DNA of 64,000 nt, taken from the NCBI GenBank assembly GCA_018385315.1, contig JAHAZJ010000022.1:5850-69849 (forward strand), in the 5' to 3' direction. Below the pieces are notes generated by a model. It was given only the letters and a program-made list of their open reading frames with translations. It made no database searches and had not been told where the DNA came from. The position numbers and the translations under genes were made by a program. How positions within the stretch are numbered: position 1 is the stretch's first letter; each line of letters starts with the position of its first letter. Positions 37,221 to 46,690 of the stretch are shown here, piece after piece. The stretch comes from Treponema sp. (lineage in GTDB: Bacteria > Spirochaetota > Spirochaetia > Treponematales > Treponemataceae).

Positions 37221-38930
37221 ATGGAAGAAATGGAAGTGGAAAAGGAAACAACTCAGAACTCCAAGAGTGATTTCCAGACACAATTAGAGGAGTCTCTGAA
37301 ATCATTCAGTGCACCAGAAACAGGTAATTTAGTAGAAGGAACAGTAGTTCAGATTACAAATGATTATGTTTATGTTGACATTGGTGACAAATCAGAGGGT
37401 TTAATCCCTGTAGAGGAGTTCGCAGATAATCTGCCTAAAGAAGGGGATAAAGTTCAGGCGTTATTAACAGGTCATAATTCAAGTGGCCCTGTTTTATCAA
37501 AGAAAAAGGCTGATTCTAAACGTTATTTAAAACAAATTCAGCAGGCATCTAAAGATAAAACTCCTGTAGATGGTAAAATTGTTAAGTTAGTTAAGAGCGG
37601 ATACGAAGTTGATCTTGGTATTGATCGCATGGCATTCTTACCAATCAGTCAGGCAGATGCAGAAAAAGTAGAAAAACCTGAATCATTAATTGGAACAAAA
37701 TCAAAGTTCTATATTGAACGTTTATATGTTGATAATAAACTTAACCCAGTAGTTAATCGTCGTAAGTATCTTGAAGAAGCAATCAACGAAAAACGAGATG
37801 CTTTCTTTAATTCAACAGCTATTGGTGATTCTGTTAAAGGTACAGTTAAGAGCTTCACAAGTTTTGGTGCATTCATCGATCTTGGTGGTTTTGATGGTCT
37901 TCTTCATATCAATGATATGAGTTGGGGGCATGTAGCTCGTCCTAAAGACTTCGTAAAGAAAGGTCAGGAAATTGAATTAAAAGTTATTCGTCTTGATCCT
38001 GCAGATAAGAGAATCAATCTTTCTCTTAAACACTTCACAGAAGATCCATGGGTACACTTTGAAGAAAAATATCATGTAAATGATATTGTTAAAGGTAAAG
38101 TTACAAAGCTTACTGAATTTGGTGCTTTCGTTGAACTTGAAAAAGGGATCGAAGGACTTGTTCATATCAGTGAATTCTCTTGGACAAAGAAAATTAACAA
38201 ACCAGGTGATATGGTTCAGTTAGGACAGGAAGTTGAAGCAATGATTCTTGGATATGATATTCAGGCTGGTCGTGTTTCACTTGGTCTTAAACAGACAACT
38301 GATAATCCATGGGATACAATTGCTGACAAATATGCTGTTGGTACAAAAGTATCTGGTAAAGTTGTAAAAATTACAAACATTGGTGCTTTCATTGCATTGG
38401 AAGATGGAATTGACGCTTTCCTCCATGCAGATGATATTTCTTGGACAAAGAAAGTTAAACATCCAGGTAGCGAATTAACAGTTGATGCAGAAGTTGAAGC
38501 TGTAGTTCTTGAATGTGATGCTGATAACCACAAAATTAAAGTTGGTATTAAACAGCTTTCAGACAATCCTTGGAAAGCATTTGCAAATGAATACAGCGTT
38601 GGCTCAACAGTAGAAGGTGAAATCACTTCTATCACAGACTTTGGTGTATTTGTAAAAGCACCTAATGGAATTGAAGGTCTTGTAAATAAAGCTAACCTTA
38701 GCGATGACAAAGATGTTCCATATGAAGAAGCTGTTACAAAATACAAAGTTGGTGACAAAATCAACGTATTTGTTGTTGATGTAAACACTGATAAAGAAAA
38801 GGTTGCATTCTCTGTTCGTGAATATAAGAGAAAGCAGCAGCGTGATGAAATCTCTCAGTATATGGATTCAGGTAATGATGAAGCAGCATATACTCTTGGA
38901 GATATGATTAAATCACAGAAAAACGACTAA
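37221..38930 (+). CDS. rpsA: 30S ribosomal protein S1
   Basis: Six tandem S1/OB repeats of the form G..V.G.V..(I/L)..FGAF(I/V).L..G(I/L)(E/D)GL(V/L)H. Confidence 0.9.
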   Translation: MEEMEVEKETTQNSKSDFQTQLEESLKSFSAPETGNLVEGTVVQITNDYVYVDIGDKSEGLIPVEEFADNLPKEGDKVQALLTGHNSSGPVLSKKKADSKRYLKQIQQASKDKTPVDGKIVKLVKSGYEVDLGIDRMAFLPISQADAEKVEKPESLIGTKSKFYIERLYVDNKLNPVVNRRKYLEEAINEKRDAFFNSTAIGDSVKGTVKSFTSFGAFIDLGGFDGLLHINDMSWGHVARPKDFVKKGQEIELKVIRLDPADKRINLSLKHFTEDPWVHFEEKYHVNDIVKGKVTKLTEFGAFVELEKGIEGLVHISEFSWTKKINKPGDMVQLGQEVEAMILGYDIQAGRVSLGLKQTTDNPWDTIADKYAVGTKVSGKVVKITNIGAFIALEDGIDAFLHADDISWTKKVKHPGSELTVDAEVEAVVLECDADNHKIKVGIKQLSDNPWKAFANEYSVGSTVEGEITSITDFGVFVKAPNGIEGLVNKANLSDDKDVPYEEAVTKYKVGDKINVFVVDVNTDKEKVAFSVREYKRKQQRDEISQYMDSGNDEAAYTLGDMIKSQKND

Positions 38931-38962
38931 TTTTGATGTAAAATTATAAGTTTTCTATAAAT

Positions 38963-39003
38963 AAGCGCATTGTATGTTTTCTAACTGCAATGCGCTTAAT
39001 TTT
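38963..39003 (+). terminator. probable rho-independent terminator after rpsA
   Basis: AAGCGCATTG-15 nt-CAATGCGCTT followed by AATTTT. The U-tract is weak. Confidence 0.5.
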
Positions 39004-39028
39004 GAATAGATAGGAAGTACAAAAACAA

Positions 39029-39922
39029 GTGGCTGTTATTCCTGAATTTGTTGGAGAAAGTAATTTTTCCAGAAATATTGTTGGAATCATCAAATCTGTT
39101 TCAAAAAGTAAGGCATCGGTTCTTTTAGAAGGGGAAATGGGAACTGGAAAAAGGCTGTATGCTCAAAAGGTTCATTGTGAAAGTGCTTGTGGTTTGAAGA
39201 CTTTTTTTGAACTTAATTGTAGAATCTTAAAAGATATTGAAATCCATTATATTTTAGAAAAGATTTTGAATACTGATTTTACAGAAAATAGATGTACTGT
39301 TTTTGTTAATAATATTGAATATTTATCTTTGCCAATGCAGATAGAATTTCTTGATTTTACTAAAAAGCTGCAGGCAAAAACTGAAAATGCAAAAATTATT
39401 AGTTCTTGTTGTAAATCCTTGGATGAAATGAAGAAAAAAGAACTATTTAATACAGATTTATATTTTCAGTTGAGTGTTGTAAAATTAAATTTTCCACCAT
39501 TAAGACAAAGACAAGAAGATATTATTCCTATTGCTAATTATTATTTTGAAAAGTTTAAAAAGGATTCTGGGTTCTTCTTTACGCAGTTTTCTGAAAAAGC
39601 AATTGCAGCTTTAAAACAAAAACCTTGGTATGGTAATTGTGATGAATTGATAAATGCAATTCAAAGAGGATTTATTGTTGGGAAAAAGCCCGAAATATCT
39701 GATATTGATATGGCCATTTCAAATAATTCATCTGAGCAATTGCAAGTAAATGATTCTGAAGATGATAAAACTTTAAAAACTGCAATGGATAGTTTTAAAA
39801 AAGCTTACATTACAAAAATTTTAAAGGAAAATAATTGGAATCAAACAAAAACTGCGAAGATACTAGGAATTCAACGTACTTATGTGATAAAATTAATAAA
39901 CGAGTTGGACATTCGTTTTTAA
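39029..39922 (+). CDS. degenerate sigma54-activator-like (AAA+ EBP core + Fis-type HTH) regulator lacking receiver domain, GAFTGA loop and Walker B acids
   Basis: FVGESNFSRNIV...VLLEGEMGTGKRLYAQKVH (Walker A), LYFQLSVVKLNFPPLRQRQEDIIPIANYYF, and the C-terminal HTH NQTKTAKILGIQRTYVIKLINEL. The ELFGHxxGAFTGA segment is absent, and Walker B reads VFVNNI instead of LFLDEI. GTG start with AGGAAG upstream. Confidence 0.7.
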   Translation: MAVIPEFVGESNFSRNIVGIIKSVSKSKASVLLEGEMGTGKRLYAQKVHCESACGLKTFFELNCRILKDIEIHYILEKILNTDFTENRCTVFVNNIEYLSLPMQIEFLDFTKKLQAKTENAKIISSCCKSLDEMKKKELFNTDLYFQLSVVKLNFPPLRQRQEDIIPIANYYFEKFKKDSGFFFTQFSEKAIAALKQKPWYGNCDELINAIQRGFIVGKKPEISDIDMAISNNSSEQLQVNDSEDDKTLKTAMDSFKKAYITKILKENNWNQTKTAKILGIQRTYVIKLINELDIRF

Positions 39923-39948
39923 GATAAAAACATTTTAAGGAATTAAAA

Positions 39949-40626
39949 ATGGCAGAAAAAATTGAAAAAAAGACTACTAGTCAGAAAGTAAATTCAGTAT
40001 TGGAAAAAAATAGAAAAGTATTAATTATAGTTTTGGTAATTGCTTTTGTTGCATTGATTGGTTTTATTGTATGGAATATTACTTCAACAAAGATTGCAGA
40101 AAAAAATATTTCTGAATTGGATACAATTTCCTATGAGTTAACAAACGGCTCTTCTAGTTTAGAGGCAGAAGAATTAAGTGCAAGAATTAATACTGCAAAA
40201 GAAAAACTTGAAGCTTATACAAAAAAATCTGGAATTACAGGTGTTCGTGCAAATATGCTTTCTGCAGAAATTGCTTATTCACAGAAAGATTACTCTAAAG
40301 CAATTGATTATTGGACAGCAGCTATTTCAAAAGGAAAACGTTCTTATACTGCTCCATTGGCTTTATATCAGCTTGGTGTATGTTATGAACAGACTAATGA
40401 CTTAACTAAGGCTGCTGAATCATATAAAAAAGCTGCTGATACAAAAGGCTTTGTTTTGGCTTCTCATGCTTTATTTAGCTATGCTCGTGTTCTTGAGTCT
40501 CAGAATGAATATGCAAAAGCTGTTGAAGCATATCAGACCATCGTTTCCTCTTACGGTGATGATGAATGGGCAAATCTTGCAAAAACAAGAATTCTTGATT
40601 TACAGATTCAGGGTAAAGCTGAATAA
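39949..40626 (+). CDS. membrane-anchored TPR-like protein (YfgM-like layout)
   Basis: N-terminal TM helix (VLIIVLVIAFVALIGFIVW) followed by TPR-like helices (YSKAIDYWTAAI, ALYQLGVCYEQTNDLTKAAESYKKA). SD AAGGA upstream. Confidence 0.6.
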   Translation: MAEKIEKKTTSQKVNSVLEKNRKVLIIVLVIAFVALIGFIVWNITSTKIAEKNISELDTISYELTNGSSSLEAEELSARINTAKEKLEAYTKKSGITGVRANMLSAEIAYSQKDYSKAIDYWTAAISKGKRSYTAPLALYQLGVCYEQTNDLTKAAESYKKAADTKGFVLASHALFSYARVLESQNEYAKAVEAYQTIVSSYGDDEWANLAKTRILDLQIQGKAE

Positions 40627-40650
40627 GTTTTTATAATTCTAGAAACTAAT

Positions 40651-41331
40651 ATGATAAAGACACAGACTAAAAAAATTATGGTTTTCGCAACATGTATTTT
40701 AGTTCTGTGTCTTGTTTTTTTTAACCTGTCATGTGGCCTTGATATCATAGAATATTACGAGCCACCTTATGTTACTATAAATCCCCCTGAACCAGAAAAT
40801 ATTGATTCAAATCAAAAATATATATTATTCAGAACCAATGATTCGGAAAATACTAGTATTTCATTTAAAGGGACCAATGTATTTTATAAAATTTACAATA
40901 ATAGAGAAGATGCAAGAATTGATCGGGATAAATTAAAAAGTATTTCTCAAAATGATTATTCAGGTACTTCTGCAGAAACTTTAATCACTAATTATAAATA
41001 TGCAATGTTAAATAATTCTAACATTCTGTGTCCTAAAAGTGAAAGTGGCTCCGATTATGATGTGAGAATTGATTTTACGGATAGTAATAAATTTGCTTTA
41101 ATAATAAATGGTGATGAACAAAAACCTTTACGAGCTGTTGAAAATTATGAATTTAATTTTGATTCTTCTTATTGGACATATGATAATGAAAGGGATTTTG
41201 ATGTAAAATATAATTCTTCTTCTGCTACCGATGTATGGTACGTTCAATTTTTTGCTGCAAGTGTAGGGCTTAGCTCAACTTTAACAGAACAATATAGCAA
41301 TATTGTTTATTTAGGATGTATTTCTCTCTAA
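40651..41331 (+). CDS. putative lipoprotein, function unknown
   Basis: Signal sequence with lipobox-like FNLSC. No other motif. Confidence 0.55.
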   Translation: MIKTQTKKIMVFATCILVLCLVFFNLSCGLDIIEYYEPPYVTINPPEPENIDSNQKYILFRTNDSENTSISFKGTNVFYKIYNNREDARIDRDKLKSISQNDYSGTSAETLITNYKYAMLNNSNILCPKSESGSDYDVRIDFTDSNKFALIINGDEQKPLRAVENYEFNFDSSYWTYDNERDFDVKYNSSSATDVWYVQFFAASVGLSSTLTEQYSNIVYLGCISL

Positions 41332-41360
41332 TTCCTATTCCAAACCCATTCCCGGTTAAA

Positions 41361-41387
41361 TAAAAAAGTCTGTCCTAAAGACAGACC
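41361..41387 (-). terminator. rho-independent terminator after tRNA-Arg
   Basis: Minus strand reads GGTCTGTC-TTTAG-GACAGACT followed by T6. Confidence 0.7.
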
Positions 41388-41393
41388 TTGTAT

Positions 41394-41467
41394 TGATGCT
41401 TGAGAGAGTCGAACTCCCGACCTATTGCTTAGAAGGCAATTGCTCTATCCAGCTGAGCTAAAGCACC
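41394..41467 (-). tRNA. tRNA-Arg (anticodon UCU)
   Basis: The minus strand GGTGCTTTAGCTCAGCTGGATAGAGCAATTGCCTTCTAAGCAATAGGTCGGGAGTTCGACTCTCTCAAGCATCA folds as a 74-nt cloverleaf: 7-bp acceptor stem, GCTC/GAGC D stem, anticodon loop CTTCTAA, GGGAG/CTCTC T stem with TTCGACT loop. CCA is not encoded. Confidence 0.9.
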
Positions 41468-41497
41468 AATGAATATAATATAACAAATATTAGAAAA

Positions 41498-41926
41498 TTA
41501 TTCAACACCTAACATTTGTTTCATTGTTCGCCATCCAAGCATTGCACATTTTACACGGGCAGGCATATGGGAAATATCTTGAAGAGCAGCAGCTTCGTCT
41601 AACTGTTCAAGTTCTTCTTCAGTTACTGAGCCTTTTATCATGCGATCGAACATGTCTGCAAGAGCAAGGGCTTCTTCTTTTGTTTTTCCAATAACAAGTT
41701 CAGCCATCATATCTACAGATGCCTGAGAAATGGCACAACCACTTCCAATGAAAGAAGCATCTGAAATTTTTCCGTCTGGACCAAGTTTCATTTGTAAGGT
41801 AATCTGATCACCACAACTTGGATTTACACCTTCAAGACAGAATGTTGGAGAATCCATGTTTTCTTTGTGAATTGGATTTATATTATGTTCATTTAATACT
41901 TCCCGATATAATTCTTTTGTATCCAC
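41498..41926 (-). CDS. sufU: SUF-system Fe-S scaffold SufU (NifU/IscU-like)
   Basis: NPSCGDQITLQM, GSGCAISQASVDMM and HMPARVKCAMLGW supply the three Cys ligands typical of SufU. Confidence 0.9.
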   Translation of the reverse strand: MDTKELYREVLNEHNINPIHKENMDSPTFCLEGVNPSCGDQITLQMKLGPDGKISDASFIGSGCAISQASVDMMAELVIGKTKEEALALADMFDRMIKGSVTEEELEQLDEAAALQDISHMPARVKCAMLGWRTMKQMLGVE

Positions 41927-41974
41927 TTTAATTATACTCCTTTAGGATTAATTCCATAGCGATTCGGCTGTTTA

Positions 41975-43216
41975 TTAATCTTTGTATCCACTCCATTTTC
42001 TTACCTGGGCAAGTTTTTCAAGGAATGTCTGAATTTCTTTTTCCGTATTATAAAAGTATACACTGGCACGGGCACTGGATTGAATTCCAAGGTATTGACC
42101 TAATGGTTGTGCACAATGATGGCCAGCCCTAATAGCGATGTTTTCATCACTTAAAAGGGAAGCAATATCATGTGGATGAACCCCATCAATAGTGAAAGTA
42201 ACAATACCGGCTCTTTCATCAGCATTTTTTGGTCCAACTAAGTTGATATGAGGAATATTTTTCATTCCTTCAACAAGCAATTTTGTAAGTTTTTTGTCTT
42301 GTTCTTCAATAAAATCAAAACCTACTGATTGAATATATCTAACAGCGGCACCCATTCCAACTGCATCACCGGCACTTACTGTTCCAGCTTCAAATTTATG
42401 TGGAAGTTCTGCCCAAGTAGCACTATCTTTAGTAACATATTCAATCATTTCTCCACCAGTAAGGAAAGGTGGCATAGCTTCTAATAATTCTTTTCGTCCC
42501 CAAAGTGCACCAATTCCCATTGGACCACAAAGTTTATGTCCGCTCATGGCAAAGAAATCTGCACCAAGTTCCTGAACATCAATTTTTATATGGGGTGATG
42601 ATTGAGCACCATCTACTACCATAACAGCTCCAACACTATGAGCTTTTGCTGCTATTTCTTTAATAGGATTTGTTACGCCAAGAACATTACTAATGTGAAC
42701 ACAAGAAACTATTTTTGTTTTATTTGTAATTTTAGTTTCAATTTCTTCTCTGCTTATAACACCTGTGTCTTTATCACATTCCATAAAAACAAGCTTTGCA
42801 CCAGTCTGGCGACAAACTTGCTGCCAGGGAATAATGTTTGAATGGTGTTCCATAATAGTTATAACAACTTCATCATCAGCTTTTAAGTTTGAAAGACCAT
42901 ATGAATAAGCAACAAGATTAAGACTTTCTGTGGTATTTCGTGTGAAAATAACTTCAGTAGAATCTTTTGCGTTTATAAAGTTTGCAACTAAATCACGGGC
43001 ATGTTCATAAGCTTGTGTTGCTCTTTCACTTAAGCTGTAAAGTCCTCGTAATGGATTTGCATTATCAGTGGCATAAAAGTGAGACATTGCGTCAATTACA
43101 AGAAAAGGACGCTGTGATGTGGCAGATGTATCCAGATAAATTAACTGAGCATTTTCTTTTGATTTATGTTCGTCTATAGCCTTAAAAAACGGAAAGTCTT
43201 TTCTGTATTTATTCAT
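41975..43216 (-). CDS. sufS: cysteine desulfurase SufS (class II aminotransferase V)
   Basis: PLP-Lys region FAMSGHKLCGPMGIG and active-site loop RAGHHCAQPL. Confidence 0.95.
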   Translation of the reverse strand: MNKYRKDFPFFKAIDEHKSKENAQLIYLDTSATSQRPFLVIDAMSHFYATDNANPLRGLYSLSERATQAYEHARDLVANFINAKDSTEVIFTRNTTESLNLVAYSYGLSNLKADDEVVITIMEHHSNIIPWQQVCRQTGAKLVFMECDKDTGVISREEIETKITNKTKIVSCVHISNVLGVTNPIKEIAAKAHSVGAVMVVDGAQSSPHIKIDVQELGADFFAMSGHKLCGPMGIGALWGRKELLEAMPPFLTGGEMIEYVTKDSATWAELPHKFEAGTVSAGDAVGMGAAVRYIQSVGFDFIEEQDKKLTKLLVEGMKNIPHINLVGPKNADERAGIVTFTIDGVHPHDIASLLSDENIAIRAGHHCAQPLGQYLGIQSSARASVYFYNTEKEIQTFLEKLAQVRKWSGYKD

Positions 43217-43227
43217 AATATTACCAA

Positions 43228-44370
43228 TTAAATTAATTTTTCTAAGAAAGTACCTATTTGTTCTTTTACCTGTTCATCAGGAATTAAATCAACTGCAGCT
43301 TGAATTTTTGCACGAGACATTAAAACTTCAGCTTCTTTTTCACTAATTCCACGGCTTTGCATATAAAAAAGAATATCAGAAGATAAACGACCAATTGTAG
43401 CACCGTGTTCGCCTTCTACGTCTTCTTCATCACAAAGTATAACTGGTAATGATTTGTTTACAGTTTTTGGAGAAAGCAAAAGTGTTTCTTCCATTTCGTG
43501 TCCTTTTGCTCCACAACAACCTTTTTTCAAATCAATTGTACCGCGATAAGCTTTTTGTGCATTATCTTTTAATGTTCCATCAACCTGCATATTACATTCA
43601 GATTTTTTACCATAATGATAAACTATATGATTCATATCAAGAATCTGGTCATTTTGGCACAAATAAGCAACTTTAGAATCAAAACTAGACTGGTATCCGT
43701 TTAAATTTACATGAAGTCCAGAGTTCACATGAGAAGCCCCTAATTCTATCTGTGTAAATTTTACAGAAGCATTTTCTTCGCAAAATACCTGAGTGTCATC
43801 AAAATGTAAAGCACCTGAGTCTAGTAATTGAGCTTTAATCAGATGGATATTTGCATAACTTTCTGCATAAACCTTTGTCTGTAAAATAGAAGCAGGACCA
43901 TTTCCTTTGTAAATAAGAATAATGGTTCCCTTTGTATTTTCTTTAGCATAAATAATTTGAGCAGCGGCAGATGGTTTATCAAAATCAAAAGTAAGAATAA
44001 GTGGCTCTTCAAAGGATTTTGAAATAGTAATCATCTGAGGATTATTTACAGTTTGATTTAAAACTTGAAGTAAAGGATGATTTGAATAATCAGGAATTTT
44101 GCTGGAATCTTCTTTTGGATTTGTTGTTCCATCTTGATTTCTTAAATCTTTAACTTTGCCATTTGTTTTATTAAAAACTCCTGAACCAAAATCAGCAGAA
44201 AGAATTTTATTAATTGTGCAGCCTTCTGAAATCTGCACATTTTTTTCGTTAGAAATTGCAGGTACTGCTGTTGAGAATTGAGCATCAACAGTTACAATGT
44301 CGTTATTGGATTTTAACCAGTTCCAGGTAATAGAAGGAACTACATTTGTTTTTACATTTTCAATTTTCAT
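43228..44370 (-). CDS. sufD: Fe-S cluster assembly protein SufD
   Basis: Beta-helix SufB/D fold and the C-terminal EGEHGATIGRLSSDILFYMQSRGISEKEAEVLM block. Confidence 0.85.
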   Translation of the reverse strand: MKIENVKTNVVPSITWNWLKSNNDIVTVDAQFSTAVPAISNEKNVQISEGCTINKILSADFGSGVFNKTNGKVKDLRNQDGTTNPKEDSSKIPDYSNHPLLQVLNQTVNNPQMITISKSFEEPLILTFDFDKPSAAAQIIYAKENTKGTIILIYKGNGPASILQTKVYAESYANIHLIKAQLLDSGALHFDDTQVFCEENASVKFTQIELGASHVNSGLHVNLNGYQSSFDSKVAYLCQNDQILDMNHIVYHYGKKSECNMQVDGTLKDNAQKAYRGTIDLKKGCCGAKGHEMEETLLLSPKTVNKSLPVILCDEEDVEGEHGATIGRLSSDILFYMQSRGISEKEAEVLMSRAKIQAAVDLIPDEQVKEQIGTFLEKLI

Positions 44371-44381
44371 TTTTGTTCCTC

Positions 44382-45797
44382 CTAAATGCTGTTTTTCATT
44401 TCCAAACGGATAAGATTATTCATTTCCACAGCGTATTCTAGTGGTAATTCCTTGCTTACAGGATTTGCAAATCCACTAACAATCATGCTGCGAGCTTCTT
44501 CTTCGCTAATTCCCCGGCTCATTAAGTAGAAAATGGCATCATTACTGATTCTACCAATTTTAGCCTCGTGTCCAACGTCACAGTTATCTGTAAGAATCTC
44601 CATTGCTGGAATTGTATCAGAACGACTTTCGCTGTCTAACATAAGACTTTGACATGAAACAGATGCTTTTGAACCTTGTGCTTCTTTTCCAATATAAACT
44701 GCAGAACGATAGAAACTTTCACCACCAGCTTTTGAAATAGATTTTGTTGTAATCAAACTTGTTGTATTAGGAGCAAGATGAACCATTTTAGCACCAGTAT
44801 CAAGACTTTGACCGTTACCAGCAAAGGTTACACCTGTGAACTCTGCCCGAGCATTTTTTCCAACCAAATCACTTTCTGGATATAGATATGAAACATGACT
44901 TCCAAAAGAACCAGAAACCCATTCTATGCTTCCGCCTTCTTCAACTTTTGCACGTTTTGTGTTTAAGTTGTACATGTTTTTTGACCAATTTTCAATTGTT
45001 GAATAACGCAGATGGGCATTCTTTTTTACAAACAATTCAACTGCACCTGCATGTAAATTTGCTTCATTATATTTTGGAGCAGAACAGCCTTCAATAAAAT
45101 GCAAGTCTGCATCTTCGTCAACAATGATTAATGTATGTTCAAACTGACCGGCACCTTTGGCATTTAATCTGAAATAAGACTGTAGAGGGAAGGAAAGATG
45201 TACTCCTTTTGGAACATAAACAAAAGAGCCACCAGACCAAGCGGCACCATGTAAAGCTGCAAATTTGTGATCTTTTGGTGTAATCAGGGTCATAAAATAT
45301 TCTTGTACCATTGGACCCCATTGTTCAGACTTAAGAGCTTCTTCAAAGCCCATATATACTACGCCTTGTTTCGCAACTTCTTTCTGAACATTATGATAAA
45401 CAAGTTCAGAGTCAAACTGAGCACCAACACCAGCAAGAGATTTTCGTTCTGCTTCTGGAATACCAAGCTTTTCAAAAGTATCTTTAATATCTTGGGGAAC
45501 ATCTTCCCATTTGCCACTCATTTTAGTTTTTGGGCGAACATAAGTAGCAATATCTGCCATATTAAGACCTTCAATTCCAGGTCCCCATTCTGGCACACGT
45601 AATTGATTATAAATTTCCAAAGATTTAAGGCGGAATTCTTTCATCCACTGGGGATCGCCTTTTTCTTCACTGAGTTTCTGTATAATTTCAGGTGATAAAC
45701 CGTTTTCAATACGATAGTAATCTTTTTCATTTTCTTCGTAACGGAAATCGTAAAAATCTCGGTTTATATCATTAATCTGTGTTTTTTCTTCTGCCAT
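44382..45797 (-). CDS. sufB: Fe-S cluster assembly protein SufB
   Basis: Typical SufB blocks: EPEWM-like DPQWMKEFRL, FIEGCSAP and HEAKIGRISNDAIFYLMSRGISEEEARSMIV. Confidence 0.95.
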   Translation of the reverse strand: MAEEKTQINDINRDFYDFRYEENEKDYYRIENGLSPEIIQKLSEEKGDPQWMKEFRLKSLEIYNQLRVPEWGPGIEGLNMADIATYVRPKTKMSGKWEDVPQDIKDTFEKLGIPEAERKSLAGVGAQFDSELVYHNVQKEVAKQGVVYMGFEEALKSEQWGPMVQEYFMTLITPKDHKFAALHGAAWSGGSFVYVPKGVHLSFPLQSYFRLNAKGAGQFEHTLIIVDEDADLHFIEGCSAPKYNEANLHAGAVELFVKKNAHLRYSTIENWSKNMYNLNTKRAKVEEGGSIEWVSGSFGSHVSYLYPESDLVGKNARAEFTGVTFAGNGQSLDTGAKMVHLAPNTTSLITTKSISKAGGESFYRSAVYIGKEAQGSKASVSCQSLMLDSESRSDTIPAMEILTDNCDVGHEAKIGRISNDAIFYLMSRGISEEEARSMIVSGFANPVSKELPLEYAVEMNNLIRLEMKNSI

Positions 45798-45809
45798 ATT
45801 TATTTCTTT

Positions 45810-45886
45810 CCCGCAGATCGCGCAGATTTACGCTGATTATTTTATTATAAATTATTATCTGCGATAATCTGCGAAATCAGCGGGAG
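45810..45886 (-). repeat. intergenic inverted repeat with doubled heptads between sufC and sufB
   Basis: Minus-strand RNA reads CCCGCTGATTT-CGCAGAT-TAT-CGCAGAT-(29-nt AT-rich loop containing AATCAGCG)-ATCTGCG-CG-ATCTGCG-GG. It is locally GC-rich. Confidence 0.7.
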
Positions 45887-45889
45887 ACC

Positions 45890-46627
45890 TTATTTTATAA
45901 ATTTTTCAAAACCTTCTTTGTTAATTTTTTCAACTAAAGAACCGTCACCTGTGTGAACAATGTGACCTTTTACAAGAATATGAGTTTTATCAACTTTCAA
46001 ACTTTCCAGAATCTTAGCATTATGAGTAATAATTAATAAGGAACCACCTACTGTTTTCTGATATTCCTGAATGCCTTTTGAAACAACACGGACGGCATCA
46101 ACATCAAGACCAGAATCTGTTTCATCAAGAATAGCAAAATCAGGTTTAAGCATTAAAAGCTGAAGAATTTCTGATTTTTTTCTTTCACCACCAGAAAAAC
46201 CAACGTTTAAATCACGTTTTGCATAATCTGGATTCATATTTAAAAGTTCCATACATGCATTTAATTCTTTCTGGAACTGGAACAATTTTACACGTTCACC
46301 AGTTTTTTGCTGAATAGCAGAGCGAATAAAGGTTTCAAGAGAAATTCCAGGAACTTCCAGAGGAGCCTGAAAAGACATAAACATACCAAGCTTTGCTCTT
46401 TTATCTGTTGTTTCTTCTGTAATATCCTGATCTTTAAAAATAATTCTTCCATCAGTGATTTTATAAACAGGGTTTCCCATTAATGTGTTTCCCAAAGAAG
46501 ATTTTCCTGCTCCATTTGGACCCATTAATACGTGAGTTTCACCTTTTTCCATTGAAAGAGAAAGACCATTTAATATCTGTTTGCCGTCTTCAAGACTAGC
46601 TGATAAATTTTGAATATCTAATAACAT
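45890..46627 (-). CDS. sufC: Fe-S cluster assembly ATPase SufC
   Basis: Walker A GPNGAGKSS, signature FSGGERKK, Walker B AILDETDSGLD. Confidence 0.95.
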   Translation of the reverse strand: MLLDIQNLSASLEDGKQILNGLSLSMEKGETHVLMGPNGAGKSSLGNTLMGNPVYKITDGRIIFKDQDITEETTDKRAKLGMFMSFQAPLEVPGISLETFIRSAIQQKTGERVKLFQFQKELNACMELLNMNPDYAKRDLNVGFSGGERKKSEILQLLMLKPDFAILDETDSGLDVDAVRVVSKGIQEYQKTVGGSLLIITHNAKILESLKVDKTHILVKGHIVHTGDGSLVEKINKEGFEKFIK

Positions 46628-46633
46628 AACTAA

Positions 46634-46662
46634 AATATACTAAATTTTTTCTATATATACAA
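46634..46662 (-). promoter_or_regulatory. candidate promoter of the suf operon (TTGTAT-17-TATATT, 6 nt before ATG)
   Basis: Minus strand reads TTGTAT (46662-46657), 17-nt spacer, TATATT (46639-46634), TTAGTT, ATG 46627. No SD. Confidence 0.3.
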
Positions 46663-46690
46663 TTAAAATAAAAAACTATAAAATATAATA

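Noticed and set aside
38261-38788. 175-aa antisense ORF inside rpsA, plus the smaller ones at 37977-38165 and 38277-38462
   Set aside because: It lies entirely within, and opposite to, a confidently identified S1 gene. Its composition is low-complexity (S/T/L/P-rich), typical of the reverse frame of a GAA/GGT-rich gene. It has no SD and no motif.
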